Virus record (IMG/VR): IMGVR_UViG_3300009687_000008
Span: 1 to 64,000 of that record
Reading direction: 5' to 3' (one strand)
From: a virus
Taxonomy: Duplodnaviria; Caudoviricetes
Length of the DNA stretch: 64,000 nt
Position numbers and translations under genes: made by a program. Below the pieces are notes generated by a model. The model worked only from the letters and a program-made list of their open reading frames with translations. It did no database searches and had not been told where the DNA came from. Within the stretch, counting starts at the first letter, position 1; each line of letters opens with the position of its first letter. This document shows, piece by piece, positions 34,958 through 44,970 of this stretch.

Positions 34958-36588
34958 TAAGTACTATATAATAACTTAGGGTTATTGGTATTAAAGTAAC
35001 CATATGCGAAAGAACATGTTGAAACACTGTTATCCATTTTTGCATAATAATTGACTTTAAATTCAACTTCAATTTTATATTTAACGTTGACTGACAAATT
35101 TGTAAATGAAGAAGAATAATTTACTTGATCTCTCAAGTATGGGACATTGGAATTTTGGTATAGTAGTAGATTACTATCTTCATCGTATAATTTCACGTTA
35201 AAATAACCTGTGACATTAGATGGTAATTGTTCATTAATTGACCAATTAACTGTGAAATCTCTACTATCTATTGTACCATAATCATAATCACCGTTATCTG
35301 GTTTAGAGTAGGCTAATAAACCGACAATATCCCCAACTCTAAGTGTTACAAAATCAGGATTAAAGTTGATTCTACCATCAAAAGTTGATAAGAAAAACTC
35401 TCTATCTTCCGTTAAAGCAACACCATTTACATATACTTTAATACTATATTCACTATTGATGGCTCTAGTAGTAAACATCTGTTGTGTTGGTGTAAGACAT
35501 GATAAGGTACATACATTAATTGTATTATCACCTGGTGTTCTATAATGATCAGTATCATCAAAAATGAAACCATCAATAAGGATTGTATCCATGAAATACC
35601 TCTCAAAACTCATAGGCCATGAATTAGGTTGTGCATTAATATATGTTGCAACAACCGTATCACTAGGTCTAATTACATTACCACCCTCAATAGGTCCAAA
35701 AACCTCAACAACTTTAGGCGTTCCCCATCCGTTATCTATTATTTGGAAATCTCCTTCGGTTGGGCCGTTAAAACTTTGTTTTAACGTGATACCATTTACA
35801 GTCAATAACACTTCATTATTTAGTGGATAACCACCTAAAATCCAATAATTTAAATTACCGTTAATAGCTTGAAAACTCATTTGAGATGATACGCCATTAA
35901 ATAACAATCTTTCAGATACCAAAACATAATTAGGTAAAACCTTTCCTTCGGGTAATGGTAAAATTGGTTCTGGTGGATCGACTACAGTTATAAAGTATCT
36001 ATCTTCACTTTGTACTGTATTAAGTTGTACAGAACTATTCCAAGTGTTAAAACCGTAACCCACATTACAATCTTTAGATACGAATGTGTAATAAAATCTC
36101 ATTAGATAATCACCCCATGTATTTGGTAATACCGAACCTTGAGTAAAATTATGTGTGATAGTACTACTTGTTATAGCACTAAATGGTGTACAATAATTTA
36201 ATCTTTCACCGACTAATCTTGTTGCTGCACCACTAGTTATAAATCTAGAACCATCAAATAATTTATAACATAAATTACCTGTATATCCAGTATAATCAGT
36301 ACCACCCGTAATTATAACACTTATATCAAAGGTTGGTGTGTAGTCGAAATTATAAACAGCAGTATCACCTGTAGTACATCCAGTTAACGTAGAAGTTAAT
36401 CCTGAAACTAATTCTACAGCACCTGAAACTATAAATTCAGGACTTCTAAAAACTTCAGAGCAAAATTCAACACTAGGATTAATATTATAAACATTACTTA
36501 AACCTAAGTCACTTAGTAGAACGTTTTCTTTAATCAACGTTAAAGAAACTACCTTTTCTTCTTCTTTTTTATTACACAAAAATCCCAT
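34957..36588 (-). CDS. Putative virion structural protein
   Basis: 543 aa with repeated V.VNG..L beta-strand motifs. Confidence 0.6.
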   Translation of the reverse strand: MGFLCNKKEEEKVVSLTLIKENVLLSDLGLSNVYNINPSVEFCSEVFRSPEFIVSGAVELVSGLTSTLTGCTTGDTAVYNFDYTPTFDISVIITGGTDYTGYTGNLCYKLFDGSRFITSGAATRLVGERLNYCTPFSAITSSTITHNFTQGSVLPNTWGDYLMRFYYTFVSKDCNVGYGFNTWNSSVQLNTVQSEDRYFITVVDPPEPILPLPEGKVLPNYVLVSERLLFNGVSSQMSFQAINGNLNYWILGGYPLNNEVLLTVNGITLKQSFNGPTEGDFQIIDNGWGTPKVVEVFGPIEGGNVIRPSDTVVATYINAQPNSWPMSFERYFMDTILIDGFIFDDTDHYRTPGDNTINVCTLSCLTPTQQMFTTRAINSEYSIKVYVNGVALTEDREFFLSTFDGRINFNPDFVTLRVGDIVGLLAYSKPDNGDYDYGTIDSRDFTVNWSINEQLPSNVTGYFNVKLYDEDSNLLLYQNSNVPYLRDQVNYSSSFTNLSVNVKYKIEVEFKVNYYAKMDNSVSTCSFAYGYFNTNNPKLLYST

Positions 36589-39500
36589 TATGTTACTATT
36601 TCTGTTGTTACGTCGCTAAATCTAAACCTAGATGATGTAAGGTCAACACTTAACTGATCTGTTGTTGGTATCAATACTGTTTCTCTCACCAATCCAAGTT
36701 CTTTTATTGGCATTATATAAGGTGTCTCTGTCGGTATACTTCCTGTCGGTTCCGAACTAGATGTTGTTGTTGATGTAGATGTTGTTGGTACTGGCATCGC
36801 ACTACTTCCAACACTTCTTGGTGTTGAAGGTAAGAACCCTGGTTGTATAGGTTCTATTGAAATCTCAGCCTCAGTTAATTCAAAATCATAATCACAAACA
36901 TCTATGATAGTACAAGGTTCATTACACCATCTTTCACCTGCCACCCAAATAGTTGTTGCTGGAATAAATTGTTCCATGAATGGAATCCAGAAACTTTGGA
37001 AGGTCTTTTTATAGTTCTCTAAATCGTAAAGGTTTAAATATGTTACAGTCGGTTCTGTTGTTGCAGATGTTGTTATTATTGTACTACTTGCTGGTATTAC
37101 ACAAATATTATCAACATATATAACCCCATTTGGTGAACAAGCATCAACAGCGAAAATACTGAAAGTGACATTATCAGCAGTTAAAGTTAAACTAACTGTT
37201 GTATGTCCAGATACGTAAATAGATGAAGATGTTACATTACCAGCATATACTTGTACATAGGTACCAACACTACCACAAGGAGGGTCAGCGAAATCCCAAT
37301 ATAAATCAAAAGATATTTGGTATGTAACCCCAGAAGTTAGAATATCTTGTTGTAGAAAACCACCTTCATCAACTCCAGTATACAAAGCCGAACCACCCTT
37401 CCACACCCAATTAGTAATAGGAGTTATAGTCCATCCTGTAGTACTAACATCAAAAGTCCCGTTAACTACTAAATTATTATTGTTACAATCATAATTTATT
37501 GTTTGATAACAAACTGTTGTACCCGCAGATAATGTATAACCACTAGGACATGCCAATGTTGTACCACTAATTGGACAATCAGCACACATATCGAATGTAA
37601 GTCCTAACTCTTTTGAATTTAAAACTAGATTACTATGTCTTTCTAAAACACTAGATTGTACCCAATAATCTGTATATCTCCAAGGTATATCAGCATCTAA
37701 ACTAGGTGCGAAGGTTCTATTAATATTACCCTCACCATTTAACATACCAAAATCACCATCCCCTCTTTCTATGTTATCATATTCTGATATACCAACCAAA
37801 GGAGTACCTGGGTTGTATACCCAAGATTTTTTATTATCAATTACTCTTGTAATTTCAAAACCTGGACATTGTACATTATTGTAAGTAATTAGTGATTCAT
37901 CCTTAGGACAATCAACTCTAATATCATCAATGAAGATGTCATAATTACAACAACAATTTAAACCTTGATAGATTTCTAAATAAATTCCAAAATTTAATGT
38001 TAACCCAGAAGTTGGTAGTGTTGCTTTAATTTGTACCCATTTATCAAAATAATCAGTACTAGAATTGTACTCTTTTACTTGAACTAATGATGCATTTAAT
38101 AAAGGATCGGTTGTAGTAATTCTAGCCAAAATAGGGTTAAAAATACTATAACAACAAGTAATACTATTTTGACCGGTACCTATTGGTCCAACAGGTTCAA
38201 CAGGGGTTCCAGAATCAACAACCCTTATACTTCTTTGTACGAATTCAGTCCCAAGACCGACTTCTATACCACCACCTGTGGTTCCAGTTGTTACAATCAC
38301 ACCTGTATTAGGGGTTAGTGTAATATCACAAACCTCACCATCAATAACTATTATATCATCATCTGGTGGATCAGGGATTGGTTGACAAGGATTTGATGGT
38401 TTACCAAAGTACACCCACATAGAAAGTTCTAAACTATTAGAACATGCAGGTATAGTCATATTTTCATTATTCAATGAAAATTGAACTGGTAGACAATCTT
38501 CTTTAGGAACTGCATAACACCAAGGACTTTGCCATTCCCAAGGTAAGTTGTAATCTTTTATTAACCTATTACAACAAGCTTCACCGATGTATTCATCTTT
38601 ATCTTTATATCCAACAATTTGTATTGGATTGTTATAGAAATCGGTTGTGCTAATTACCTGTACTTGTGTTATATCAATTTCACATTGATCAACAACAGGT
38701 TGACACATACATTGACTAGATGATGTATCCCAATAACCACCAATACTGTCACAAATACCTTTTGTAACTACAATAGGGTTGTTAGTGATAGTACCAAAAT
38801 TAACATAAAAACCACCAGTAACACTTAAAGCGTTAGTAATTAAAAGTCTTGCCTCAGTTAAATCTGAAACACCATTACCGTTGTTATCGTTTGAATTAAA
38901 TAAGTTAGCTAATACAAAATTAAATTGTGTGTTGGTTAAACCTAAACCACCACCAACAGATGTTGCGTTTGAAACAAGATAGTTATATCCTTCAGTTGTT
39001 GAATAAAAATCTAAAAACTGTTGTAAAGTGTTTATACATTTAGGTTCATAGTCTTCTTCAACTACTTGATTACAAAAACAAACACCATTATCCCAAACAC
39101 CAGGACAACAATCAACATCTAATAAATTACCTGTAGATATTTGTACATAAAATGTTTGTCCACTATTAGTTACAACATCTACTAGGTGTTGCCACAAAAC
39201 TGGGTTTGATGTTTGTAAACTTTGACCTCCGTGATTTACGATGTAAGTATCATTCCACCAATCAAAATTATTACAATCAACACATACAATATCAGCAGGG
39301 CATTCTATTATTGGTCTGTAATAACAATTTCTACCATCCCAATAGTATTCATGTCCTTCAGCAACAGGACCTATTGCTGTTATGTTACAACAATCAACCG
39401 ATGTTACACCAAGAACTTGGCCATCAATAGCAATCTGATAAGGCCCTTCACATACCACTGGTAAATCAAGAGGACTATATACTGTATCAAAATTTGCCGG

Positions 39501-39680
39501 ACCAGCATTAGCGGAAGAATTATAGTTCACAGCAAGAGGATCGAGACAACCAACTACAATTTGACCATATTCACAACAACCGTTACAAGGTTCTGTTGCA
39601 GTAGGGTCATAGTTGGATGCTAATGGGTCCATACAACCTATTTTTTGAAAGATACTACTTGCGTATACTATTTGTGCCAT
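36588..39680 (-). CDS. Large Cys-rich putative virion protein
   Basis: 1030 aa; GCxDPLAxNY repeats, CC...W...C repeats and a carbohydrate-binding-like module (NGTFD...GW). Confidence 0.6.
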   Translation of the reverse strand: MAQIVYASSIFQKIGCMDPLASNYDPTATEPCNGCCEYGQIVVGCLDPLAVNYNSSANAGPANFDTVYSPLDLPVVCEGPYQIAIDGQVLGVTSVDCCNITAIGPVAEGHEYYWDGRNCYYRPIIECPADIVCVDCNNFDWWNDTYIVNHGGQSLQTSNPVLWQHLVDVVTNSGQTFYVQISTGNLLDVDCCPGVWDNGVCFCNQVVEEDYEPKCINTLQQFLDFYSTTEGYNYLVSNATSVGGGLGLTNTQFNFVLANLFNSNDNNGNGVSDLTEARLLITNALSVTGGFYVNFGTITNNPIVVTKGICDSIGGYWDTSSSQCMCQPVVDQCEIDITQVQVISTTDFYNNPIQIVGYKDKDEYIGEACCNRLIKDYNLPWEWQSPWCYAVPKEDCLPVQFSLNNENMTIPACSNSLELSMWVYFGKPSNPCQPIPDPPDDDIIVIDGEVCDITLTPNTGVIVTTGTTGGGIEVGLGTEFVQRSIRVVDSGTPVEPVGPIGTGQNSITCCYSIFNPILARITTTDPLLNASLVQVKEYNSSTDYFDKWVQIKATLPTSGLTLNFGIYLEIYQGLNCCCNYDIFIDDIRVDCPKDESLITYNNVQCPGFEITRVIDNKKSWVYNPGTPLVGISEYDNIERGDGDFGMLNGEGNINRTFAPSLDADIPWRYTDYWVQSSVLERHSNLVLNSKELGLTFDMCADCPISGTTLACPSGYTLSAGTTVCYQTINYDCNNNNLVVNGTFDVSTTGWTITPITNWVWKGGSALYTGVDEGGFLQQDILTSGVTYQISFDLYWDFADPPCGSVGTYVQVYAGNVTSSSIYVSGHTTVSLTLTADNVTFSIFAVDACSPNGVIYVDNICVIPASSTIITTSATTEPTVTYLNLYDLENYKKTFQSFWIPFMEQFIPATTIWVAGERWCNEPCTIIDVCDYDFELTEAEISIEPIQPGFLPSTPRSVGSSAMPVPTTSTSTTTSSSEPTGSIPTETPYIMPIKELGLVRETVLIPTTDQLSVDLTSSRFRFSDVTTEIVT

Positions 39681-39724
39681 TACCTATAATTATTTTTTAA
39701 TCTGTTTTTTTATATAATAATATT

Positions 39725-42700
39725 TTAAAATCCACTACAATTTAATCCTATCTGCCCTTTTAATGTTGGGGTTGGCCAAGGTGAAACAGGGGTTGGGAGT
39801 GTCCAAGACCATGAACCAAAATTAAGATTATAAACATTATTATTATATTCAAATGTTCTTTCCCATCTTCCATTAGGTGAATTAAATGTTGAATTAGGAC
39901 TTACATAAAATGTCAAATTAGGATCCATAAACATAGGTGATGTTAAAGGAGTTTGTCCGATTGGTACATACACTGTTATATAAACCCCGTCTGATGCGTA
40001 ACTAATACTTCCTATCGGATTTATAATCCAAGCACCTCTAGTTTGAGTTCCACTCGCACTGCCTGTAGTACCACAACTAGTATCACCAAACTTTAATGTG
40101 AATTGTTGTGAAGTAGGTTCTTGTTGCACATCCACTAAACATTTTTGTGATGCTACATCAAATGAAACCCCACCAATTTCAGTGTTATAGTTATTACAAC
40201 AAGTTTGTGATAATGATAATCCACCGTATAATACCTCACCATTAATAATACTATAATTTGTATTTTGAACTGCGGTTGTACTACTTTCTATTGGATAATA
40301 GAACGTTGGTGGACATTGGTAACACTTTTTAACTCCAGGGTTATATGGTTCACCTACATCATTTAATAATTGTGGTAAACCGTACCAACCACCTTTTTCA
40401 CTACAACAATATTCTGTTAAATTACTATCGTTTAAGTTAGTAATAGTATATGGATAAACACTAGATGTGTTAACTACTGCCGGACAAACATAACACTTGT
40501 TATTATTCCAACTAAAACCGTAGTCAGTACAACATTGTTGTGATAAATCAGCCCCACTTAGACCATCTTTAACTATAGAATTACAAGGTAATGTAGTACA
40601 ATCTTCTACAAACATTATCTCAGTAGGACAATTAGTACAATATTGTTTTAATCCGAATTGATTAACGTAAGATGTTGCGTGATAATCCTGCATTGTACCA
40701 ACACTAGCTATGTTAACAGTACCATCCGTCCAAATACCACCTAATGATGTACAACAATCAGATGAAGTTAAACTACCATCACTATTAACCCAAATATGAT
40801 TTCCATTTAATATTGTAGCACCATCACAAGGATTAGGTAATGGCTTAACACAATATCCACTACCGTTGATTGTTGTATAAACCCCACCTTTCATCTTACA
40901 ACAAACACTATTAGTTATTGGTTTATCATCACCATCTAATATAAAACATCCGTATTTATCAAAAAATCTAGTATAAACTTTAACAATGAATGAGGTTGCC
41001 TCATCAAGAGATGGTTGTGTCGCACCTAAACTAATAGCTGTGTTAATTATTTGGGTGTCAGTTAAAGTATTTAAATACTCGTCAACACTACATACCACTT
41101 GTATTGAATTATCAGGTGGACACCAATAACAAGCATATGTTATTGCTTCAGCCGGTGGTTCTATCCCTATAGCCGCCATCTCAATAATGGTATAATCTCG
41201 TTGTTTTATAGGTGCTTCAACAGCTACAGCTATTTGTGGTGTACCATTACTACTTTTAATGCAATTAGCATCAACACAATTTCTACCATCCCACACTACA
41301 TCAAAGCCCAATGTTTGTCTGTTACAACAACTTTGTGATACCGATACTGTTGCCTTCTCATTTGACATATCTAAGACCACACAAGGTCCAAAAGGACTAT
41401 CAGGTGAGGTAATTGCTAATTGATCTGGTTTAGGGCAAACAACTGATGAATTGGATGTTGCCATTGGTAACCAATAATTTTGACAACATTTTTGGTCGGT
41501 TAGAGGTTTATTTGGAGTTTCTTTATCACCCCTAATATATACTATACCGTCCTCACCATAGATTAAGTTATAAGAACAAGGTTCACATATCGATTTAAGA
41601 CCAGTTGTGAAATTAATTTTCATTGAATACGTATCACCACTTGGTACGCCGTATTTTGGTGCGTTGTTACCACCAATAGCAGTAAGACCAGCTGAATTAA
41701 CTACAGCGTTAACTACAGAACCGTTAGTGTTTAAGGTGTTTGCATATCCTGTACCATAATAAGGAACAGGTAATCCGTTTTGATCGAAGATAAAACTACC
41801 TTCATTGTAATTGTTGAAGTGATTTTCATTAACTCTTACTGTTGTTGAACCAGTTGCTAATGAATCAAACTCACTTACAAAACATTCAAATTGTGAAAAA
41901 TATGATTTACCATAATCATATGGACCGATATGTGGGTTATTACCAACAGTAGATTCATTTCCACCATTATACCAAAAACCGCCCATTTGAAAGTAATTGT
42001 CATTAGTTTCTGGTAAAACCCTTGGAAAACCATCTATATCGATGGGATAGTTAGATAATCTAACATCATCAACATTTAACCCAGCTAATTCAAATATGGT
42101 TATTAATTGGTCATATACTTTATCGATATCTAATCTATTAGACGCTATATAAACGTACTCATCAAGTGATACCATACATTGTGGTATGTTAAACAACTTG
42201 AAGAAAAATTCTATAACTTTTCTAGTTCCTTTAGATTTAAACAACCACCAAGCATTAATGACTAATCTTCTCCATAGTTCGATATCTAATTCTTTAGATG
42301 ATAAACTTCTTGAGTACCCACTAAAAGGTGTTTCAAAAGAAGGTTGTATCTGTTCCAATAAATTAAAATTATCAGTACCAGTTGTTAGTAAAACATCAAA
42401 ACCTAAATTTTGTGCTATTATCTTAATTAATTCATCAGAGGTGTTATCTAATTTATTATATGTTACAACATTAGCGAATGATATACCATCAATATATTTC
42501 TTAACCTCATCAAATTCTCTACCATAAATTCTTAATAATTTATTAGCCTTTCTACCTGTAACTTCACTACCACCACCGTCTGTATCATATTCATGGATTG
42601 ACTCGGCAACAAACTTTCTAGCCACCAAATCGGTTCTGTATTGATCGAAAAGATTTGCCATATTAAGCATTTCTTCAACATATAAACCATAATCACGAGT

Positions 42701-43615
42701 ACTAATATCTAGGTTATACCCATCAGAAATTGGCCATGTTAATCTTTTTTGATTAAAAACTATAAATCCATCAGCTTCTTGTGGTACACTAAAAGAAGAG
42801 GTGTATATTGGAACCGTTAATCTATTTAATAAGATAGATTCAAAATCACTTAGGTTTGTAAAAAATAACTCTACTTCAGTATTATTAGGTTTAAAATGAT
42901 AGGTTAATTGTCCAAATGTTGAAGCACTTAAAGACGGAAATGGATTACCTTCCGTTTGTACCCTCAAATAAGGAAATGATGTTGTGTCACCAGTGTAACC
43001 TACAACATTGAATTCGCCGTAGTTATTATATATAACATATTTGTTATAATCTCTAGATATATTAAAGATGTCACTAGGTAATAGATTACTAAAATCTTGG
43101 TTATCCGCTGTTATTAATTCAAACGGGTTTTGGACGACAGATTTTGGTATTAAAAACGTTGATATATCAGTTCCATTATCATAACTGAAAGATAGAACCG
43201 TATTGACCGCCGTATTAGTAATTTGTGGGTTTAAATATAAAGAACCCTTCCATTTTTGGATTATTTGTTCGATGGTAACTCTAGCAAACTCATGGAAACT
43301 ACCGAAATAAACATATCTATTAATTTTATTTATGTCAAAATTAAGTTTAATGAATAAATCATTAGACATTAAAAGTTCAGACTGACTTTCAGTTAGGTTT
43401 AAATTATCTAAAGAATAATAATCTGACCACTGACCCCCTAAGGTAAAATTCTTATTAATCTTAGAGTCAAAATTGGTTGTAATTTGGAAGTTACCGAACG
43501 TGAAAAGAGATACCCCGTCGGTAAATTGAAAACCAACTAGATTAGGGGAAAAGTCACCCTCTCTCCTTTTATATGCATCCGTTAATGAACGAGGTATTAC
43601 TTTAACTGTTCCCAT
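39725..43615 (-). CDS. Large putative virion protein with C-terminal Cys-rich repeats
   Basis: 1296 aa; WRRLVINAWWLFKSKGTRKVIEFF resembles tail/baseplate P2 gpI-like motifs; at least 7 CC repeats. Confidence 0.6.
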   Translation of the reverse strand: MGTVKVIPRSLTDAYKRREGDFSPNLVGFQFTDGVSLFTFGNFQITTNFDSKINKNFTLGGQWSDYYSLDNLNLTESQSELLMSNDLFIKLNFDINKINRYVYFGSFHEFARVTIEQIIQKWKGSLYLNPQITNTAVNTVLSFSYDNGTDISTFLIPKSVVQNPFELITADNQDFSNLLPSDIFNISRDYNKYVIYNNYGEFNVVGYTGDTTSFPYLRVQTEGNPFPSLSASTFGQLTYHFKPNNTEVELFFTNLSDFESILLNRLTVPIYTSSFSVPQEADGFIVFNQKRLTWPISDGYNLDISTRDYGLYVEEMLNMANLFDQYRTDLVARKFVAESIHEYDTDGGGSEVTGRKANKLLRIYGREFDEVKKYIDGISFANVVTYNKLDNTSDELIKIIAQNLGFDVLLTTGTDNFNLLEQIQPSFETPFSGYSRSLSSKELDIELWRRLVINAWWLFKSKGTRKVIEFFFKLFNIPQCMVSLDEYVYIASNRLDIDKVYDQLITIFELAGLNVDDVRLSNYPIDIDGFPRVLPETNDNYFQMGGFWYNGGNESTVGNNPHIGPYDYGKSYFSQFECFVSEFDSLATGSTTVRVNENHFNNYNEGSFIFDQNGLPVPYYGTGYANTLNTNGSVVNAVVNSAGLTAIGGNNAPKYGVPSGDTYSMKINFTTGLKSICEPCSYNLIYGEDGIVYIRGDKETPNKPLTDQKCCQNYWLPMATSNSSVVCPKPDQLAITSPDSPFGPCVVLDMSNEKATVSVSQSCCNRQTLGFDVVWDGRNCVDANCIKSSNGTPQIAVAVEAPIKQRDYTIIEMAAIGIEPPAEAITYACYWCPPDNSIQVVCSVDEYLNTLTDTQIINTAISLGATQPSLDEATSFIVKVYTRFFDKYGCFILDGDDKPITNSVCCKMKGGVYTTINGSGYCVKPLPNPCDGATILNGNHIWVNSDGSLTSSDCCTSLGGIWTDGTVNIASVGTMQDYHATSYVNQFGLKQYCTNCPTEIMFVEDCTTLPCNSIVKDGLSGADLSQQCCTDYGFSWNNNKCYVCPAVVNTSSVYPYTITNLNDSNLTEYCCSEKGGWYGLPQLLNDVGEPYNPGVKKCYQCPPTFYYPIESSTTAVQNTNYSIINGEVLYGGLSLSQTCCNNYNTEIGGVSFDVASQKCLVDVQQEPTSQQFTLKFGDTSCGTTGSASGTQTRGAWIINPIGSISYASDGVYITVYVPIGQTPLTSPMFMDPNLTFYVSPNSTFNSPNGRWERTFEYNNNVYNLNFGSWSWTLPTPVSPWPTPTLKGQIGLNCSGF

Positions 43616-44511
43616 TATAAACTTGGAATATTCGTGATTGTGTTAAAATCTTTACTGAAATCAATGTTATTAACCAATTGACGTACTTCGTGTAGTGGTT
43701 CACCACTGAATTGGTCTTGAACTTCGTATAAGTTATATTGTTTATAAATACGATTTTGGAAGTCGTAGATGGTGTATTTACCGTCAACAATAGATTTAAT
43801 TTGGTTACCGTAAATACCGTAAGCCAACGTTTCAATATCGTACTCAACCATGTCAATTTCTAAACAAACAGGATTGAAAAAGGTGTTAGTGATGGATATA
43901 GCCTGTCCAGGTACACCAATGTCAGGAAATTGATTTGGTTTAACATTTGGTGCTGAACTAGGTGTTAGAGTACAAAAAATTAAATTAGAAGTATCGTTAA
44001 AACGATATCTAACTGCCTTTTGCGTTGTATTGGATAAATTAGCGTTTACAGGTTCAACCCTGTTAGCTGATGTAATAATTCTAAAAAAGTTAGGTATTCT
44101 ACTACCAGTTTCACCATAATATTCTATCCTATAACCAACAAGACTACTCGCATCTTGTACCCCTAATTGATTAGCGTCTAACACAAGTCCCTTAACGTCT
44201 GGGAATGCCGCTAAAACACCACAATCGGTAATTGTTGTTCTAATTTCTCTTGGTTTAATAATAACTGTGTATATACCTTTAGTTGAAAAATTAGCCACTG
44301 GTAGTTGTAGGTTATATAAACCGTCAAACAACGGAATACCGTTTGCGTTAGGTGTTGGGTGATTAAACCTAGATATTACTTGACTAGGTACTAATTGTTG
44401 TAATGGTATTGTTGGTTTAGTATCACGAGAAGGTGCATATGTGAAATAAATTTCCATATCATCTGGACCTGCTGTTGATGGTCTAACTATACCGTAATTT
44501 CCTGTTGCCAT
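43615..44511 (-). CDS. Putative virion structural protein
   Basis: 298 aa, coupled within the structural operon. Confidence 0.65.
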   Translation of the reverse strand: MATGNYGIVRPSTAGPDDMEIYFTYAPSRDTKPTIPLQQLVPSQVISRFNHPTPNANGIPLFDGLYNLQLPVANFSTKGIYTVIIKPREIRTTITDCGVLAAFPDVKGLVLDANQLGVQDASSLVGYRIEYYGETGSRIPNFFRIITSANRVEPVNANLSNTTQKAVRYRFNDTSNLIFCTLTPSSAPNVKPNQFPDIGVPGQAISITNTFFNPVCLEIDMVEYDIETLAYGIYGNQIKSIVDGKYTIYDFQNRIYKQYNLYEVQDQFSGEPLHEVRQLVNNIDFSKDFNTITNIPSL

Positions 44512-44514
44512 ATC

Positions 44515-44970
44515 TTATCTATTTTCTATTATATTATAATAACCGTTTCTATATTCTATTAATCCGTCTAACGTTTTAATTTCTGAAAGTCTAGAATGAC
44601 GTTCAAAAACCGCCACACTCATCCTTTCTATAAATAGCTCGTTACTTACTTTTGGAGGGAAAACTAATCCCATTTTAGCCTCTTCTTTTATTGAAAAATA
44701 GTCATCAAAATCATAACCCGACATTGTGGTTTTAAAAATAGTAGGGAATTGTGAACCATAAGGTTGTCTACTATTACTTATTGAGACATTTTTTCTATAA
44801 TCAGTAATATAGTCAACATTACCAATTGTGTAGTACACTTTAGTAATTGCTGTTAAATTAGTTGGATCATATTCAACATTTGTAACACCATTAACTCCAA
44901 TTTGGAATGGGTTATTTTTATCATATGTACTAACTAAATCTAGTTTATGTGATGTAAACCCTGTTATCAT
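44515..44970 (-). CDS. Putative virion structural protein; likely start ATG 44970
   Basis: ATGA overlap with the stop of 44967..46787 gives MITGFTSHKL. Confidence 0.6.
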   Translation of the reverse strand: MITGFTSHKLDLVSTYDKNNPFQIGVNGVTNVEYDPTNLTAITKVYYTIGNVDYITDYRKNVSISNSRQPYGSQFPTIFKTTMSGYDFDDYFSIKEEAKMGLVFPPKVSNELFIERMSVAVFERHSRLSEIKTLDGLIEYRNGYYNIIENR

